Of a stretch of 64,000 nt of DNA, positions 23,228 through 33,016 are shown in pieces. Both the position numbers and the translations under genes were made by a program. Under the pieces are notes generated by a model. It ran no database searches. It was not told the DNA's origin and worked only from the letters and a program-made list of their open reading frames with translations. The stretch comes from Patescibacteria group bacterium. Lineage in GTDB: Bacteria > Patescibacteriota > Minisyncoccia > Phycocordibacterales > WO2-35-19. The DNA lies in assembly GCA_038056395.1 (NCBI GenBank), contig JBBUFS010000004.1, positions 884 to 64,883 of the forward strand. The letters run 5' to 3'. The stretch's first letter is position 1. Each line of letters starts with the position of its first letter.

Positions 23228-25684
23228 TTATGATTTCTTATGATGAGGAGCGTTGATTAATCCGCATTGTTTATATTTATAGACTTTGCCAGTACTAGGA
23301 TTTATTGCGCCACAAGGACAAGGATCATTGCGCCCAATTTTTTTTCCTCCTTCTCCCCTCTCCTTCACAAGGAGAGGAGCTGGGGGTGAGGTCGTAATTT
23401 TAAGAGCTTGATTCTGCACCTCCGCAGCTTCCACCGACACTCCCAGCTGTTCCGTAAGCTTCTTTAAATTTTCTTCAATAGTATTTTCAACATTTTGTTC
23501 CATTTCTTTAAAAAGCTTCAGGCCTTCTCTTTTATATTCAACCAGCGGGTCCCTCTGGCCATAAGCCCGCAAATTAACCGAACCGCGCAAATAATCCATC
23601 ATCTCTAGATGTTCCACCCAAAACATATCAAAAGTCTGCAATTTTAGACTGCGGATTTTTTCATCTTTCTCTTCTGTCAATATCTTTCGGCGGCGCTCGT
23701 AAAAAGTTTTCCTCTGAAAATTTAAAACATCATCATATTCAAGAATATGCTTGCGGGCGTCAAAATTGAGGCCCTCTATTTTTTCCTGAGCGCTCTCCAG
23801 AGATTTGGTAATCAGCCGATTTTCAATGGCTTCATCTTCGGGAATGCCCAGACGGCCCATCATATTTTTGACCGTATCAGCGGCAAAAACTCTCATAATA
23901 TGGTCTTCCATAGAAACAAAAAATTGAGTTTCTCCGGGGTCGCCTTGACGGCCGGACCGGCCGCGAAGTTGGTTGTCTATGCGCCTGGCATCATGCCTCT
24001 CGGTACCTAAAACAAAAAGACCGCCTAAACTTTTAACTTTCTCATGGGCCTCCTTATTGAAAGGAGCGCCTCCGAGTTTTATATCAACTCCGCGGCCAGC
24101 CATGTTGGTGGCCACCGTTACAGCGCCAAACCGGCCAGCCTGAGCGATAATTTCTCCTTCTCTTTCGTGATTTTTGGCGTTCAACATTTCAAAATTAACA
24201 CCTGCCGTTTTCAAATATTCTCCCAGCAGTTCATTCTTTTCAATAGAGATTGTGCCAATCAGGACTGGCTGGCCATTTTTTTGAAGCTCTTTCACTTTTT
24301 GGGCGATAGCCAAAAGTTTGCCTTTTTCGGTCTGGAAAATGAGGTCATTTTTGTCTGCCCTAGCGCCCGGTTTATTGGTTGGTATGGCTATAGTGTTGAG
24401 GCCGTAAACTTTGTAAAACTCTTCAGAAGAAGTGATGGCGGTACCGGTCATGCCCGAAAGTTTTTCGTACATCCTGAAATAATTTTGATAGGTGATGGAG
24501 GCAAAAGTCCGGCTTTCTTTTTGGACGCTGACATTTTCCTTGGCTTCAATGGCTTGATGCAAACCTTCTGACCAGCGCCGGCCCGGTTGTAGCCGGCCCG
24601 TATAGGGATCAACAATAATCACCTCGTCTTCCTTAACCACATAATCTTTATCAATATGATAGAGAGCTTTGGCTTTAATGGCGGTTTCCAGATGATGCAC
24701 CAATTTTATGCCCCCCTCGGCATAAATATTTCCCAAACCCAAAATTTCTTCCGCTTTGCTTATGCCCTCATCAGTTAAAAGCACGGCGTGCATTTTTTCA
24801 TCAACATTGTAATGTTCATTCTCTTTCAATTTATTCGCCACCAAAGCAAATTTTTTATATAAAGAGTCGGATTCCGCCGCCGGCGCGGAAATAATAAGCG
24901 GCGTTCTGGCCTCATCAATCAAAATAGAATCTATTTCATCTACGATGGCAAAGTGATGCCTTTTTTGCCTGACACTTTCATATTTATATTCAAGATTGTC
25001 GCGCAGATAATCAAAACCGAATTCACTGTTGGTGCCGTAAGTAATATCGGCTTCATATGCTTCCACTCTGCTGCAAGGTTTTAAAAATTCATGCACTATT
25101 TTAAAACTGCCTTTCTCATCTCTTTCTTTATCTAGTGTTTCCTCATTTTGATTTTTGATATTTGAATTTTGAATTTTAGCTTCAATATTTGCATTATATA
25201 AAAAGCTTGACTCATGAGCAATTACCGATACGGTAAGTCCCAGGGCATTATATATTTCCCCCATCCAAACAGCATCGCGGCGGGAAAGATAATCATTGAC
25301 CGTCACCACATGCACTCCTTTGCCGGCCAAAGCGTTAAGATAGGCCGGCAGAGTGGCTACTAAAGTTTTGCCCTCTCCAGTGCGCATTTCAGCGATGCCC
25401 CCCTGATGCATCACCATACCGCCCAAAAGTTGGACATCAAAATGTCTTTCATTTAAAGTTCTTTTAGCTGCTTCCCGCACACAAGCAAAAGCTTCCAGCA
25501 AAATATTTTCAAGTGTTTCTCCTTTTTTTAATCTTTCTTTGAATTCAGTAGTTTTATTTTTTAATTCCTCATCAGACAATTTAGAAATAGCTTCCTCAAA
25601 GCCGTTTATTTTGGGAATTAAAGGCGATATTTCTTTTATATATCTTTTACTCGAATCTCCAAATATTTTGTTCAAAAATGACAT
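23228..25684 (-). CDS. secA: Preprotein translocase ATPase SecA
   Basis: MRTGEGKT, VTVNDYL, DEIDSILIDEARTPLIIS, ATNMAGRGVDI, QLRGRSGRQGDPG, GRNDPCPCG. Confidence 0.98.
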   Translation of the reverse strand: MSFLNKIFGDSSKRYIKEISPLIPKINGFEEAISKLSDEELKNKTTEFKERLKKGETLENILLEAFACVREAAKRTLNERHFDVQLLGGMVMHQGGIAEMRTGEGKTLVATLPAYLNALAGKGVHVVTVNDYLSRRDAVWMGEIYNALGLTVSVIAHESSFLYNANIEAKIQNSNIKNQNEETLDKERDEKGSFKIVHEFLKPCSRVEAYEADITYGTNSEFGFDYLRDNLEYKYESVRQKRHHFAIVDEIDSILIDEARTPLIISAPAAESDSLYKKFALVANKLKENEHYNVDEKMHAVLLTDEGISKAEEILGLGNIYAEGGIKLVHHLETAIKAKALYHIDKDYVVKEDEVIIVDPYTGRLQPGRRWSEGLHQAIEAKENVSVQKESRTFASITYQNYFRMYEKLSGMTGTAITSSEEFYKVYGLNTIAIPTNKPGARADKNDLIFQTEKGKLLAIAQKVKELQKNGQPVLIGTISIEKNELLGEYLKTAGVNFEMLNAKNHEREGEIIAQAGRFGAVTVATNMAGRGVDIKLGGAPFNKEAHEKVKSLGGLFVLGTERHDARRIDNQLRGRSGRQGDPGETQFFVSMEDHIMRVFAADTVKNMMGRLGIPEDEAIENRLITKSLESAQEKIEGLNFDARKHILEYDDVLNFQRKTFYERRRKILTEEKDEKIRSLKLQTFDMFWVEHLEMMDYLRGSVNLRAYGQRDPLVEYKREGLKLFKEMEQNVENTIEENLKKLTEQLGVSVEAAEVQNQALKITTSPPAPLLVKERGEGGKKIGRNDPCPCGAINPSTGKVYKYKQCGLINAPHHKKS

Positions 25685-25702
25685 AATAAAGTCATATTAT
25701 CA

Positions 25703-25737
25703 CAAAAACAAAAACTCCGCGTAGAGCGGAATTTTTG
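25703..25737 (-). terminator. Intrinsic terminator after the micropeptide ORF
   Basis: caaaaattccgc-tctac-gcggagtttttg followed by tttttg on the minus strand. Confidence 0.7.
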
Positions 25738-25754
25738 TTAAGTGGGAAAAGAGA

Positions 25755-25796
25755 TTAAGCTCTCCTCTTCTTTGTTGCTTTTTTTTTCTTTGCCAT
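25755..25796 (-). CDS. Candidate 13-aa basic micropeptide MAKKKKATKKRRA
   Basis: Hand translation; promoter-like TTTACT-N17-GATAAT about 100 nt upstream and a terminator downstream. Confidence 0.5.
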   Translation of the reverse strand: MAKKKKATKKRRA

Positions 25797-25999
25797 TTTA
25801 GTGAAAGACCCTGCAGACGCAGGATAAATTATTTTTAAGCGCGCTTACTCCGATAAAAATTTATTTTAAATTTTTCGGAATGATCGACCTTGAGTTAATT
25901 ATCGCTCTAAAAAATTTTTAAGTAAATGATTTTTTGCAAAAATGTGGGGATAACTTTTAAAAAATAATTTTTGAAATTTTTTATTTTCAAAAATTATTT

Positions 26000-26190
26000 T
26001 TTATGTCGCCGCGTGGATGGCGGAAGCGATCTCCAAAACAAATGTCTATGTGAGTGCGAACCGCCACCCGCGCCGCGATACATGCTAAGTATAAATGAAA
26101 ATAAAAAAATATCAACGAAAAATCGCTATTACTAGCGACCTTTCGCAGACATTCATTTGTGTGGAAATTACTATTGCCACACTCACACCG
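26000..26190 (-). ncRNA. Candidate ~190-nt structured ncRNA
   Basis: Promoter TTGCAT-N16-TACACT (with TGn) upstream; multiple complementary segments in an otherwise AT-rich intergenic region. Confidence 0.45.
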
Positions 26191-26227
26191 CACAAGTGTA
26201 GCATATTACAAAAATAATGCAAGGAAA

Positions 26228-26276
26228 TTGAGGATGACCCTTTGGGGCAGGGTCTTCAAGGGTCATCCTCTGGGAG
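26228..26276. repeat. REP-doublet-like element
   Basis: gaggatgaccctt-N15-aagggtcatcctc; compensatory change relative to the 17561 copy. Confidence 0.75.
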
Positions 26277-26293
26277 AAGGTGCCCTTTGACTT

Positions 26294-28594
26294 TTACGGA
26301 TTTCTCCCTGCTTGTATCTCCTTTATATAATATTCTCCCTTCTCCTTAAAAGACGGGTCTAATTTTATAATATTCTGTATTTCTTGCACTGCCTCCCCTC
26401 TTCTTCCCGCTTGCAAGTAGGCGGCAGTAAGCGTAATTCGGTGCTGCATATTGCCAGAGTCAAGCTCAACTCTTTTCTTAGCTACTTCAATAATTTCCGG
26501 AAACTTTTTGAGGGCCAGCAACACCGTGATATATCTATCATCAAAAATAATTTTTGATTCCGGCATGCCTTTCAAAATTTCATCCGAAAGAGACTTGTTA
26601 TTTGAAGCAAGAAGAGTTAAACCATAAATAAATTTGGCTTCTTCGTACGATGGTTCTAATTCATAAGCGGTTTTAGCCGCCTGTAAAGCTTCTGTGAACT
26701 TGCCGTCAAGAAGAAGATTGCTTGTCAGTTCAAAATATATTTGCTGTTTATTGGGAGAAAGTTTTTTGGCTTCTGTCAATTGTTCAATGGCTTTGCCATA
26801 CCAGCCAAATCTGGAAAGAAAAATTCCATAGAAAAGCCGATAACGGGCATCATTGGGAACTCTTGCCAAATGTTTTACAAAAGCCTTATCCACCGTATCA
26901 AATAATTTCTGCTTCAGCTCTCCTGAAGCGTTTGGATTGGCCGCCACATTAATGGCTGCCTGCGATATATGCTCTAAACTTTCGGAAAAGCCCATGCCAT
27001 ATCCAGCCAGAGGTTTGGCGTAAATTTCAATAGTTCCTATCTTTCCTCCATTATTTAATTTCAAAACCGCCAACAAATCCTTATTTTGCCGCCACGGCGC
27101 ATAAATAACAAAATATACAATCGTTATCGCCAAAATTAATATTAATGCCTCTATGACGGGTTTTAATTTCTCACTCTCAAGTATTTTTTTGATTTTTGTT
27201 GAAATTTTATCCCACCAAAACATTGGTGTTTCCGGCGCGCGAGAATGCACATAAGCCAGAATAGTAAAAAATAATATGTAACTGCTTATCTGATCAAAAA
27301 CAAAAATATTGTTGAATAAATATGCCGAGATAAGGCCCAATATTACGGCCTTGTCTTTTCTCTCCAATAAATCGTCCTTGGCTTTAATTATGTAATAAAA
27401 AAGGGAGAAAATTATTGCCAGATAGGAAAGCAGGCCTAAAGCGCCGCCGGCAATCAGCCAATCAAGATAAGTGTCATGAGCCCGATCAAACCACGGTTCC
27501 TGATTATACATTCGCGGGTCATAATATTTGTTGAAAACAAAATTGAAGCCCTCCTGCCCCCAGCCCAGAATCGGTTTTTCAATAAATCCCTTGATGGCCA
27601 TAGGCCAAACATAGTATCTGCCTTGGGTTTTTATTTCAGAAGGTGAAAGAGAGGAAAATCGACTCAAAACATAGTCATTTTTGACAAAAGCAGCATTCTT
27701 CACGGATAGAAACAAACCCACAAAAATAACGAGGCCTAAAATACTTGCGCCAGCCATTTTTCTTATTTTGTCGCCTTTCTCAGATTTCAACAGCAGAAAA
27801 ACGAAAGTTATAAAAACTCCGCCAATTAAACCCAAAATGGCTCCCCTGGTAGCGGTAAAGTAAAGCACGGTTAAATCAGCCAGAAAAACAATCCCCAATA
27901 AAATTTTCGCCCACAAACTTTTGGACCGGACAAACAGAAGAGCGGCAAAGAAAATATGGAAGACCATATAAATGGCCAGATAAGAAGCGTTGCCCAAAGT
28001 GCCATCTACTCTTACTCCTCCCTGATTGATATTAATCTTTCCGGCGATTTGCAAAAAAGAATAAGTAGCCATAATGGCCGAAGCGCCAAGACTGGTAGCC
28101 AAAAGTCTATTCCATATTTCTTGAGTTTTTAGGACAGAGCTCAAAACCAAAAAATAAGCGCCGAGATGCAAAAGGGTGATGTAACCTTCCATTCTTTCAT
28201 AATTGCTCCAAAAAGCTTTGAATGGATTTTGAGCGAAAATGTCAGCCACCCCCATTGCCAACAGAAACAAAAAAATGGAGCTTAATATCCAAGAAAATTT
28301 TGGCCGATAAGATTCGTCTCTGATGGCCAATACCAGATAACAGGCAAAGATGATTTCAACAATAATCCTAAAAACAAAAGCTTTGCCTGTAATAAAAGGA
28401 AAGAAAAGCGAGGATGCAACAATAAACGGCACAAACGGTATGGCAAAAAGCCCGGCCAAAATAATATATCTGAGTTGATTGTTAGACATAAATGCAAGTA
28501 TACCAAATATAAAAATAAAATGAAAAGATAGAAAAAATTTCTTATTTCTGTTATTATAACTCATTATGGAATTGACGGTTATTAGACCACACAA
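26294..28594 (-). CDS. O-antigen ligase (Wzy_C/WaaL-like) with C-terminal TPRs; likely start ~28489
   Basis: Multi-TM; GTLGNASYL, TATRGAILG, R...W......EKPILGWG.E.F, DRAHD..LD; TPR-like helices. Confidence 0.88.
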   Translation of the reverse strand: MCGLITVNSIMSYNNRNKKFFLSFHFIFIFGILAFMSNNQLRYIILAGLFAIPFVPFIVASSLFFPFITGKAFVFRIIVEIIFACYLVLAIRDESYRPKFSWILSSIFLFLLAMGVADIFAQNPFKAFWSNYERMEGYITLLHLGAYFLVLSSVLKTQEIWNRLLATSLGASAIMATYSFLQIAGKININQGGVRVDGTLGNASYLAIYMVFHIFFAALLFVRSKSLWAKILLGIVFLADLTVLYFTATRGAILGLIGGVFITFVFLLLKSEKGDKIRKMAGASILGLVIFVGLFLSVKNAAFVKNDYVLSRFSSLSPSEIKTQGRYYVWPMAIKGFIEKPILGWGQEGFNFVFNKYYDPRMYNQEPWFDRAHDTYLDWLIAGGALGLLSYLAIIFSLFYYIIKAKDDLLERKDKAVILGLISAYLFNNIFVFDQISSYILFFTILAYVHSRAPETPMFWWDKISTKIKKILESEKLKPVIEALILILAITIVYFVIYAPWRQNKDLLAVLKLNNGGKIGTIEIYAKPLAGYGMGFSESLEHISQAAINVAANPNASGELKQKLFDTVDKAFVKHLARVPNDARYRLFYGIFLSRFGWYGKAIEQLTEAKKLSPNKQQIYFELTSNLLLDGKFTEALQAAKTAYELEPSYEEAKFIYGLTLLASNNKSLSDEILKGMPESKIIFDDRYITVLLALKKFPEIIEVAKKRVELDSGNMQHRITLTAAYLQAGRRGEAVQEIQNIIKLDPSFKEKGEYYIKEIQAGRNP

Positions 28595-29384
28595 AACATT
28601 TAGTTTGAAGGATATTAAAGAGCTCTGGCAATACAGAGAGCTTTTGTATTTTTTTACCTGGCGTGATTTAAAGGTTCGTTATAAGCAGACCTTTATAGGT
28701 GTGGCTTGGGCCATATTTCAGCCATTTATTACCATGGTGATTTTTTCCATATTCTTCGGCGGGCTAGCCAAAATGCCTTCCGACGGAGTACCTTATCCCA
28801 TTTTTGTTTTTGTCGGCCTTTTGTTTTGGCAATTTTTCTCCAGCGCCCTCTCTGAAACAAGCGGTTCTCTCATTGGTAACCAATCTATTATTACCAAAGT
28901 TTATTTTCCTCGCTTAATTTTGCCGGTCTCCGGTGTAATAACCAAATTTATAGACTTTTTAATCGCCACCCTAATATTGATAGGCCTTATGTTTTATTAC
29001 GGATATACGCCCCATATTTCGGGCCTTTTGATTTTGCCTCTTCTGCTTCTGATTACTTTCATGGCCTCTATAGGGTTGGGACTTTTTTTGGCAGCCATAA
29101 ATGTTAAATACAGAGATGTGAGGTATGCTTTGCCTTTTTTTATACAGATACTTTTGTTTCTTACTCCGGTTATTTATCCCGCTTCCATCGCCGGCAAATA
29201 TTCTTTTCTTCTGGCCATTAATCCCATGATGGGTGTTATTCAAAGCGCCAGAGCGGCCATACTCGGCACTTCACCCATCAACTGGTTACTGGTGGAAATT
29301 TCTCTGGCGGGCACGTTTGTTCTTCTTATATTCGGAATATACATATTTAAAAAAACCGAGCGCTACTTTGCCGACATAATATAG
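28566..29384 (+). CDS. wzm: Polysaccharide ABC transporter permease
   Basis: RDLKVRYKQT..G..W, KVYFPR, YRDV, TPVIYP, NPM. Confidence 0.93.
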   Translation: MELTVIRPHKTFSLKDIKELWQYRELLYFFTWRDLKVRYKQTFIGVAWAIFQPFITMVIFSIFFGGLAKMPSDGVPYPIFVFVGLLFWQFFSSALSETSGSLIGNQSIITKVYFPRLILPVSGVITKFIDFLIATLILIGLMFYYGYTPHISGLLILPLLLLITFMASIGLGLFLAAINVKYRDVRYALPFFIQILLFLTPVIYPASIAGKYSFLLAINPMMGVIQSARAAILGTSPINWLLVEISLAGTFVLLIFGIYIFKKTERYFADII

Positions 29385-29393
29385 ACGAAAATT

Positions 29394-30671
29394 ATGGAAA
29401 AACCGATTATAGAAATTAGAAATATAAGCAAAAAATATAATATCGCCCATCAGCGTGGTGGCTATGTGGCTTTGCGCGATGTTTTGATGAATGTGCTTAA
29501 ATCCCCCTTCTATTTTTTGAAATCAAAAGCCAAGCAAGTTGCCGGATTTGAAAAAAAGGAAGAATTCTGGGCCCTTAAAGATGTCAATTTTTCGGTTCAA
29601 AAAGGCGAAGTGGTGGGAATTATAGGGGCCAACGGCGCGGGCAAATCCACCCTGCTTAAAATCCTCTCTCAAATCACCCCCCCGACCGAGGGCGAGATTA
29701 TTTTACGAGGCAGAGTCGGCTCGCTTTTGGAAGTCGGCACGGGCTTTCATCCGGAATTGACCGGCCGGGAAAATATATTTTTGAATGGAGCTATTTTGGG
29801 CATGAAGAAAAAGGAGATAGCCCAAAAATTTGACGAGATTGTGGAGTTTGCCGGCATAGGAAAATTTTTGGACACACCAGTCAAATATTATTCAAGCGGT
29901 ATGTATGTACGACTGGCTTTTTCAGTAGCCGCTTATATGGAACCGGATATTTTGATAATTGATGAAGTTCTGGCCGTGGGCGACGCCGAGTTCCAAAAAA
30001 AATGTTTGGGTAAGATGGAGGAAATAACAAAAGAAGAAGGCAGAACTATTCTTTTTGTAAGCCATAATATGGAGGCCATAAGAAGAATGTGCAGCCACTG
30101 CATTCTTTTGGATAAGGGAAAAATCACTTTCAAAGGAAATACGGGAGATACTTTGTCGGCTTATGATAAAAGCGACACAAAACTTGGAATAAACAAAGGA
30201 GGAAACAGAAAAAATCAAAGCCGAAGAGGTTCGGGGACTTTGAGTTTTACTGATATAAAAATTTTGGATGATTTAAACAAAGAAAGAAACATTTTTAAGA
30301 CGGGAGAGGCCGTCAGATTCAAAATGTCTTATGTTGTTTGTGAAGAAATGCGGGGGCTTCATGCCAGCGTTTGTTTTTTTTCAAACAAAACCAGGGAGTT
30401 GCTCACTAGCATACGTTATGAAATAAAAAGCGGCGTCGTGGCAAAAAATGAAACCGGCACGGCAACTATAGAAGTAGAGCTGACGATTATAAGGCCGGGT
30501 GAATACTCATTGTATTTTTGGCTGGGTGACGAAGCGGCCACCAAACAAGGCACTCCAACAAACTACGATATTGTTGACGGCATAACCAAACCGCTTATTA
30601 TAGAAGCTAAAAATGAAGAAGAAAAAAAACTGACTGGTAGCTTCTCCTTGCCTTCAAAAATTATAAAATAG
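29394..30671 (+). CDS. wzt: Polysaccharide ABC transporter ATPase with Wzt_C domain
   Basis: GANGAGKST, YSSGMYVRLAF, DEVLAVGD, VSH; C-terminal extension. Confidence 0.95.
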   Translation: MEKPIIEIRNISKKYNIAHQRGGYVALRDVLMNVLKSPFYFLKSKAKQVAGFEKKEEFWALKDVNFSVQKGEVVGIIGANGAGKSTLLKILSQITPPTEGEIILRGRVGSLLEVGTGFHPELTGRENIFLNGAILGMKKKEIAQKFDEIVEFAGIGKFLDTPVKYYSSGMYVRLAFSVAAYMEPDILIIDEVLAVGDAEFQKKCLGKMEEITKEEGRTILFVSHNMEAIRRMCSHCILLDKGKITFKGNTGDTLSAYDKSDTKLGINKGGNRKNQSRRGSGTLSFTDIKILDDLNKERNIFKTGEAVRFKMSYVVCEEMRGLHASVCFFSNKTRELLTSIRYEIKSGVVAKNETGTATIEVELTIIRPGEYSLYFWLGDEAATKQGTPTNYDIVDGITKPLIIEAKNEEEKKLTGSFSLPSKIIK

Positions 30672-31191
30672 ATTTTACCATCATAACGCTGTTTATATAT
30701 TTGCCGTTAAAAAGAAAGAGTTCTTTTCTAACATCTTCTATTGTAAAACCGTTTTTGGTAAATGCTTTGATTGAACCGGTGTTATTTTCATATGCCCCAG
30801 CTATAATTTTATGCAACTTTAATCTATTAAAAGAAAAATCAGACAAAAGACCAATGGCCTCACTGGCATAGCCATGACCCCAAGAATCTTTGTCGCCAAT
30901 CATAATTCCGATTTCAGCAAATTTATGATGTTTGTTTATAGGACCTAATTTTATATTGCCTATATGCTTATCAGAATCTTTACGAATAATAGCCAAAAAT
31001 ATATAACTGGAATCTTTCAAGACATTATTAATATATTCTCTTAAGTTTTTTGACGTATGTTTAGAAAACCTGCTCTCCAGATATTGGTTGACTTCCGGAT
31101 CATTAAGCCAACCGACATATTCTTTGGTGGCGTCGGAGATTTCAACCGGTCTTAAATAAATAAGGGTTCCCTCTAATTTTATTTTTTTCAT
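30661..31191 (-). CDS. GNAT (RimJ/RimL-type) N-acyltransferase
   Basis: HIGNIKL, EIGIMIG, WGHGYASEA, N.GS...F.KNGF. Confidence 0.88.
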   Translation of the reverse strand: MKKIKLEGTLIYLRPVEISDATKEYVGWLNDPEVNQYLESRFSKHTSKNLREYINNVLKDSSYIFLAIIRKDSDKHIGNIKLGPINKHHKFAEIGIMIGDKDSWGHGYASEAIGLLSDFSFNRLKLHKIIAGAYENNTGSIKAFTKNGFTIEDVRKELFLFNGKYINSVMMVKSIL

Positions 31192-31222
31192 TCTTGTTAG
31201 ATTGGTTCGGCAAAAATAATAA

Positions 31223-32293
31223 TTAAAAATATACTGCCTCGGCCATATGGGCAGTTTGTTTGAAAAGGTCTTGCCGCCACGCCGGATTATTGTTGAAATA
31301 ATTGTCTTTCATGGCATGGGTCAATCTAGACAATGCCTCATCTCGAATAAAATATGGTATTGTTGCAAGTTCTTTTTTATCTATGGGGCAAATATCTTGG
31401 TATGCATTAAGAAAAATATTTTTAGCTTCCGCTGCCACTTTTGAATAGTCGGTTAGATTATTAAATATAATATATTGTCGCGCCATTCTGTGGAGAGCAA
31501 AAGCGAGAGAGCGTGTTTTTTCAAGATAATGCAATGAATCAAAATCAATAATTGCTGCTATTTTTTTGCCGTTAGCTAAAAGATTGTGGGGATGAAGGTC
31601 AAAATGAACAATGCCCCAAGCGGTACTGCGCGGTTTTTGTTTTATAACATTGCGAACATCTTTAAGAATAAAATCCTCTTTAACCAGAAGATCAGCATGA
31701 AACTGGTCCTTTGGATTATTTTTCTGCTGGTGGCGCGCCTCTTGAAATATCTTTTTCCATATAGAAAGATTATACGACCTTAATTCTCTGACTTTTTTTA
31801 GCAATGAAAGCTTTTTTCGCTGCTTGCCCGTTATAGGCAGACAAGCCAGGGCTTTATCCAATTTACCAATTTCCCTGCCAGCGCTTTCAATCTCTTGGCG
31901 CGTCCCCCGATAATGGTCGGCATTGAGAAATATAAAAAGCGCGTATGGGTTATTCTCATCTATAACAAATAATTGTTTGCTTTGGGACGGCACCAAATGT
32001 GGCACATTCACTCCTTTGATAGAAAGTTTTTCCATAAGTTTAAGAGTTTCCCCTATCGCCGCCTGATTTCTAACACCCATATAACGCCGAAGCAAATATG
32101 TGTTTTTGTTTGTCGTAATCTTAAAATTATTGCTGTTGATTTCCGCTTCATCAACTTGTTCAATAGTTAAAATATTTTGGGGTTCAATGCCATAGCAGGA
32201 ACCGGCAATGTTCTTCACATTTTCGGCCTCTTTTTGGCTGACAGGTCTATAATGTATCTTCCACTTGCTGTGATTGTTGGGCTGAAAAATCAT
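31223..32293 (-). CDS. APH/homoserine kinase II-like phosphotransferase
   Basis: HFDLHPHNLL and IIDFD motifs. Confidence 0.8.
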   Translation of the reverse strand: MIFQPNNHSKWKIHYRPVSQKEAENVKNIAGSCYGIEPQNILTIEQVDEAEINSNNFKITTNKNTYLLRRYMGVRNQAAIGETLKLMEKLSIKGVNVPHLVPSQSKQLFVIDENNPYALFIFLNADHYRGTRQEIESAGREIGKLDKALACLPITGKQRKKLSLLKKVRELRSYNLSIWKKIFQEARHQQKNNPKDQFHADLLVKEDFILKDVRNVIKQKPRSTAWGIVHFDLHPHNLLANGKKIAAIIDFDSLHYLEKTRSLAFALHRMARQYIIFNNLTDYSKVAAEAKNIFLNAYQDICPIDKKELATIPYFIRDEALSRLTHAMKDNYFNNNPAWRQDLFKQTAHMAEAVYF

Positions 32294-32389
32294 GCATTAA
32301 AATATACCATAGAACCCCAAAACAAACCAGCATTTAATTTATAAAGTGTCAATATATAACAAAAATTTCGTCTCGAGTAATATAAGGAC

Positions 32390-33013
32390 ATGGGCGTGAA
32401 AAATGCTGAAAAAATAAAAGCTGTTATTTTTGACTGGGCGGGAGTGTTTTGTTCTCCTGGTGAACTTTTTTCACATCCAGCCCTAGCGACTCAAACAGGC
32501 CTGAATGTTGACGAAATGGGTGAACAGACCGCATCTATCCAACACGCTTATTATACCGGCACGATAAACAGCAAAGAATTTTGGGAGCAATCTTCCAATC
32601 TTTTGGGTCCTGCAGGTTTGTCCGAAACAGAATTGCGCGACGCATATCTTGCTTCTTACAGAATCTATCCGGAAATGCTTGGGCTTGCTTTAAATCTCAA
32701 ACAGAAATATAAAACATTGCTTCTTTCTAATTTAACGGCTGAAATGACGGAAGATATTAAAAAAAAATATGGAGTAAAAAAATATTTTCATCATGCTATT
32801 TTTTCAAACGAAGTCGGCTTGATGAAACCGGACCCTAAAATTTTTGAACTTGCCGTTGAAAAAATTAATATTCCGATAAAAAACATTGTTTTTATTGACG
32901 ACTCGCAAACCAATATCAAAGTCGCTGAGCATCTCGGTTTCCATATAATATTGTTCAAAAATCCGACTCAATGCCGGCAAGAGCTGAGAGATTTGGGGGT
33001 AACTATAATTTAA
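32390..33013 (+). CDS. HAD-family phosphatase
   Basis: FDWAGV, LSN, KPDPKIF, FIDD. Confidence 0.88.
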   Translation: MGVKNAEKIKAVIFDWAGVFCSPGELFSHPALATQTGLNVDEMGEQTASIQHAYYTGTINSKEFWEQSSNLLGPAGLSETELRDAYLASYRIYPEMLGLALNLKQKYKTLLLSNLTAEMTEDIKKKYGVKKYFHHAIFSNEVGLMKPDPKIFELAVEKINIPIKNIVFIDDSQTNIKVAEHLGFHIILFKNPTQCRQELRDLGVTII

Positions 33014-33016
33014 TTA

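Noticed and set aside
25987-26193. 68-aa ORF
   Set aside because: Non-ATG start at the predicted transcription start and atypical composition; base-pairing potential explains the region better.
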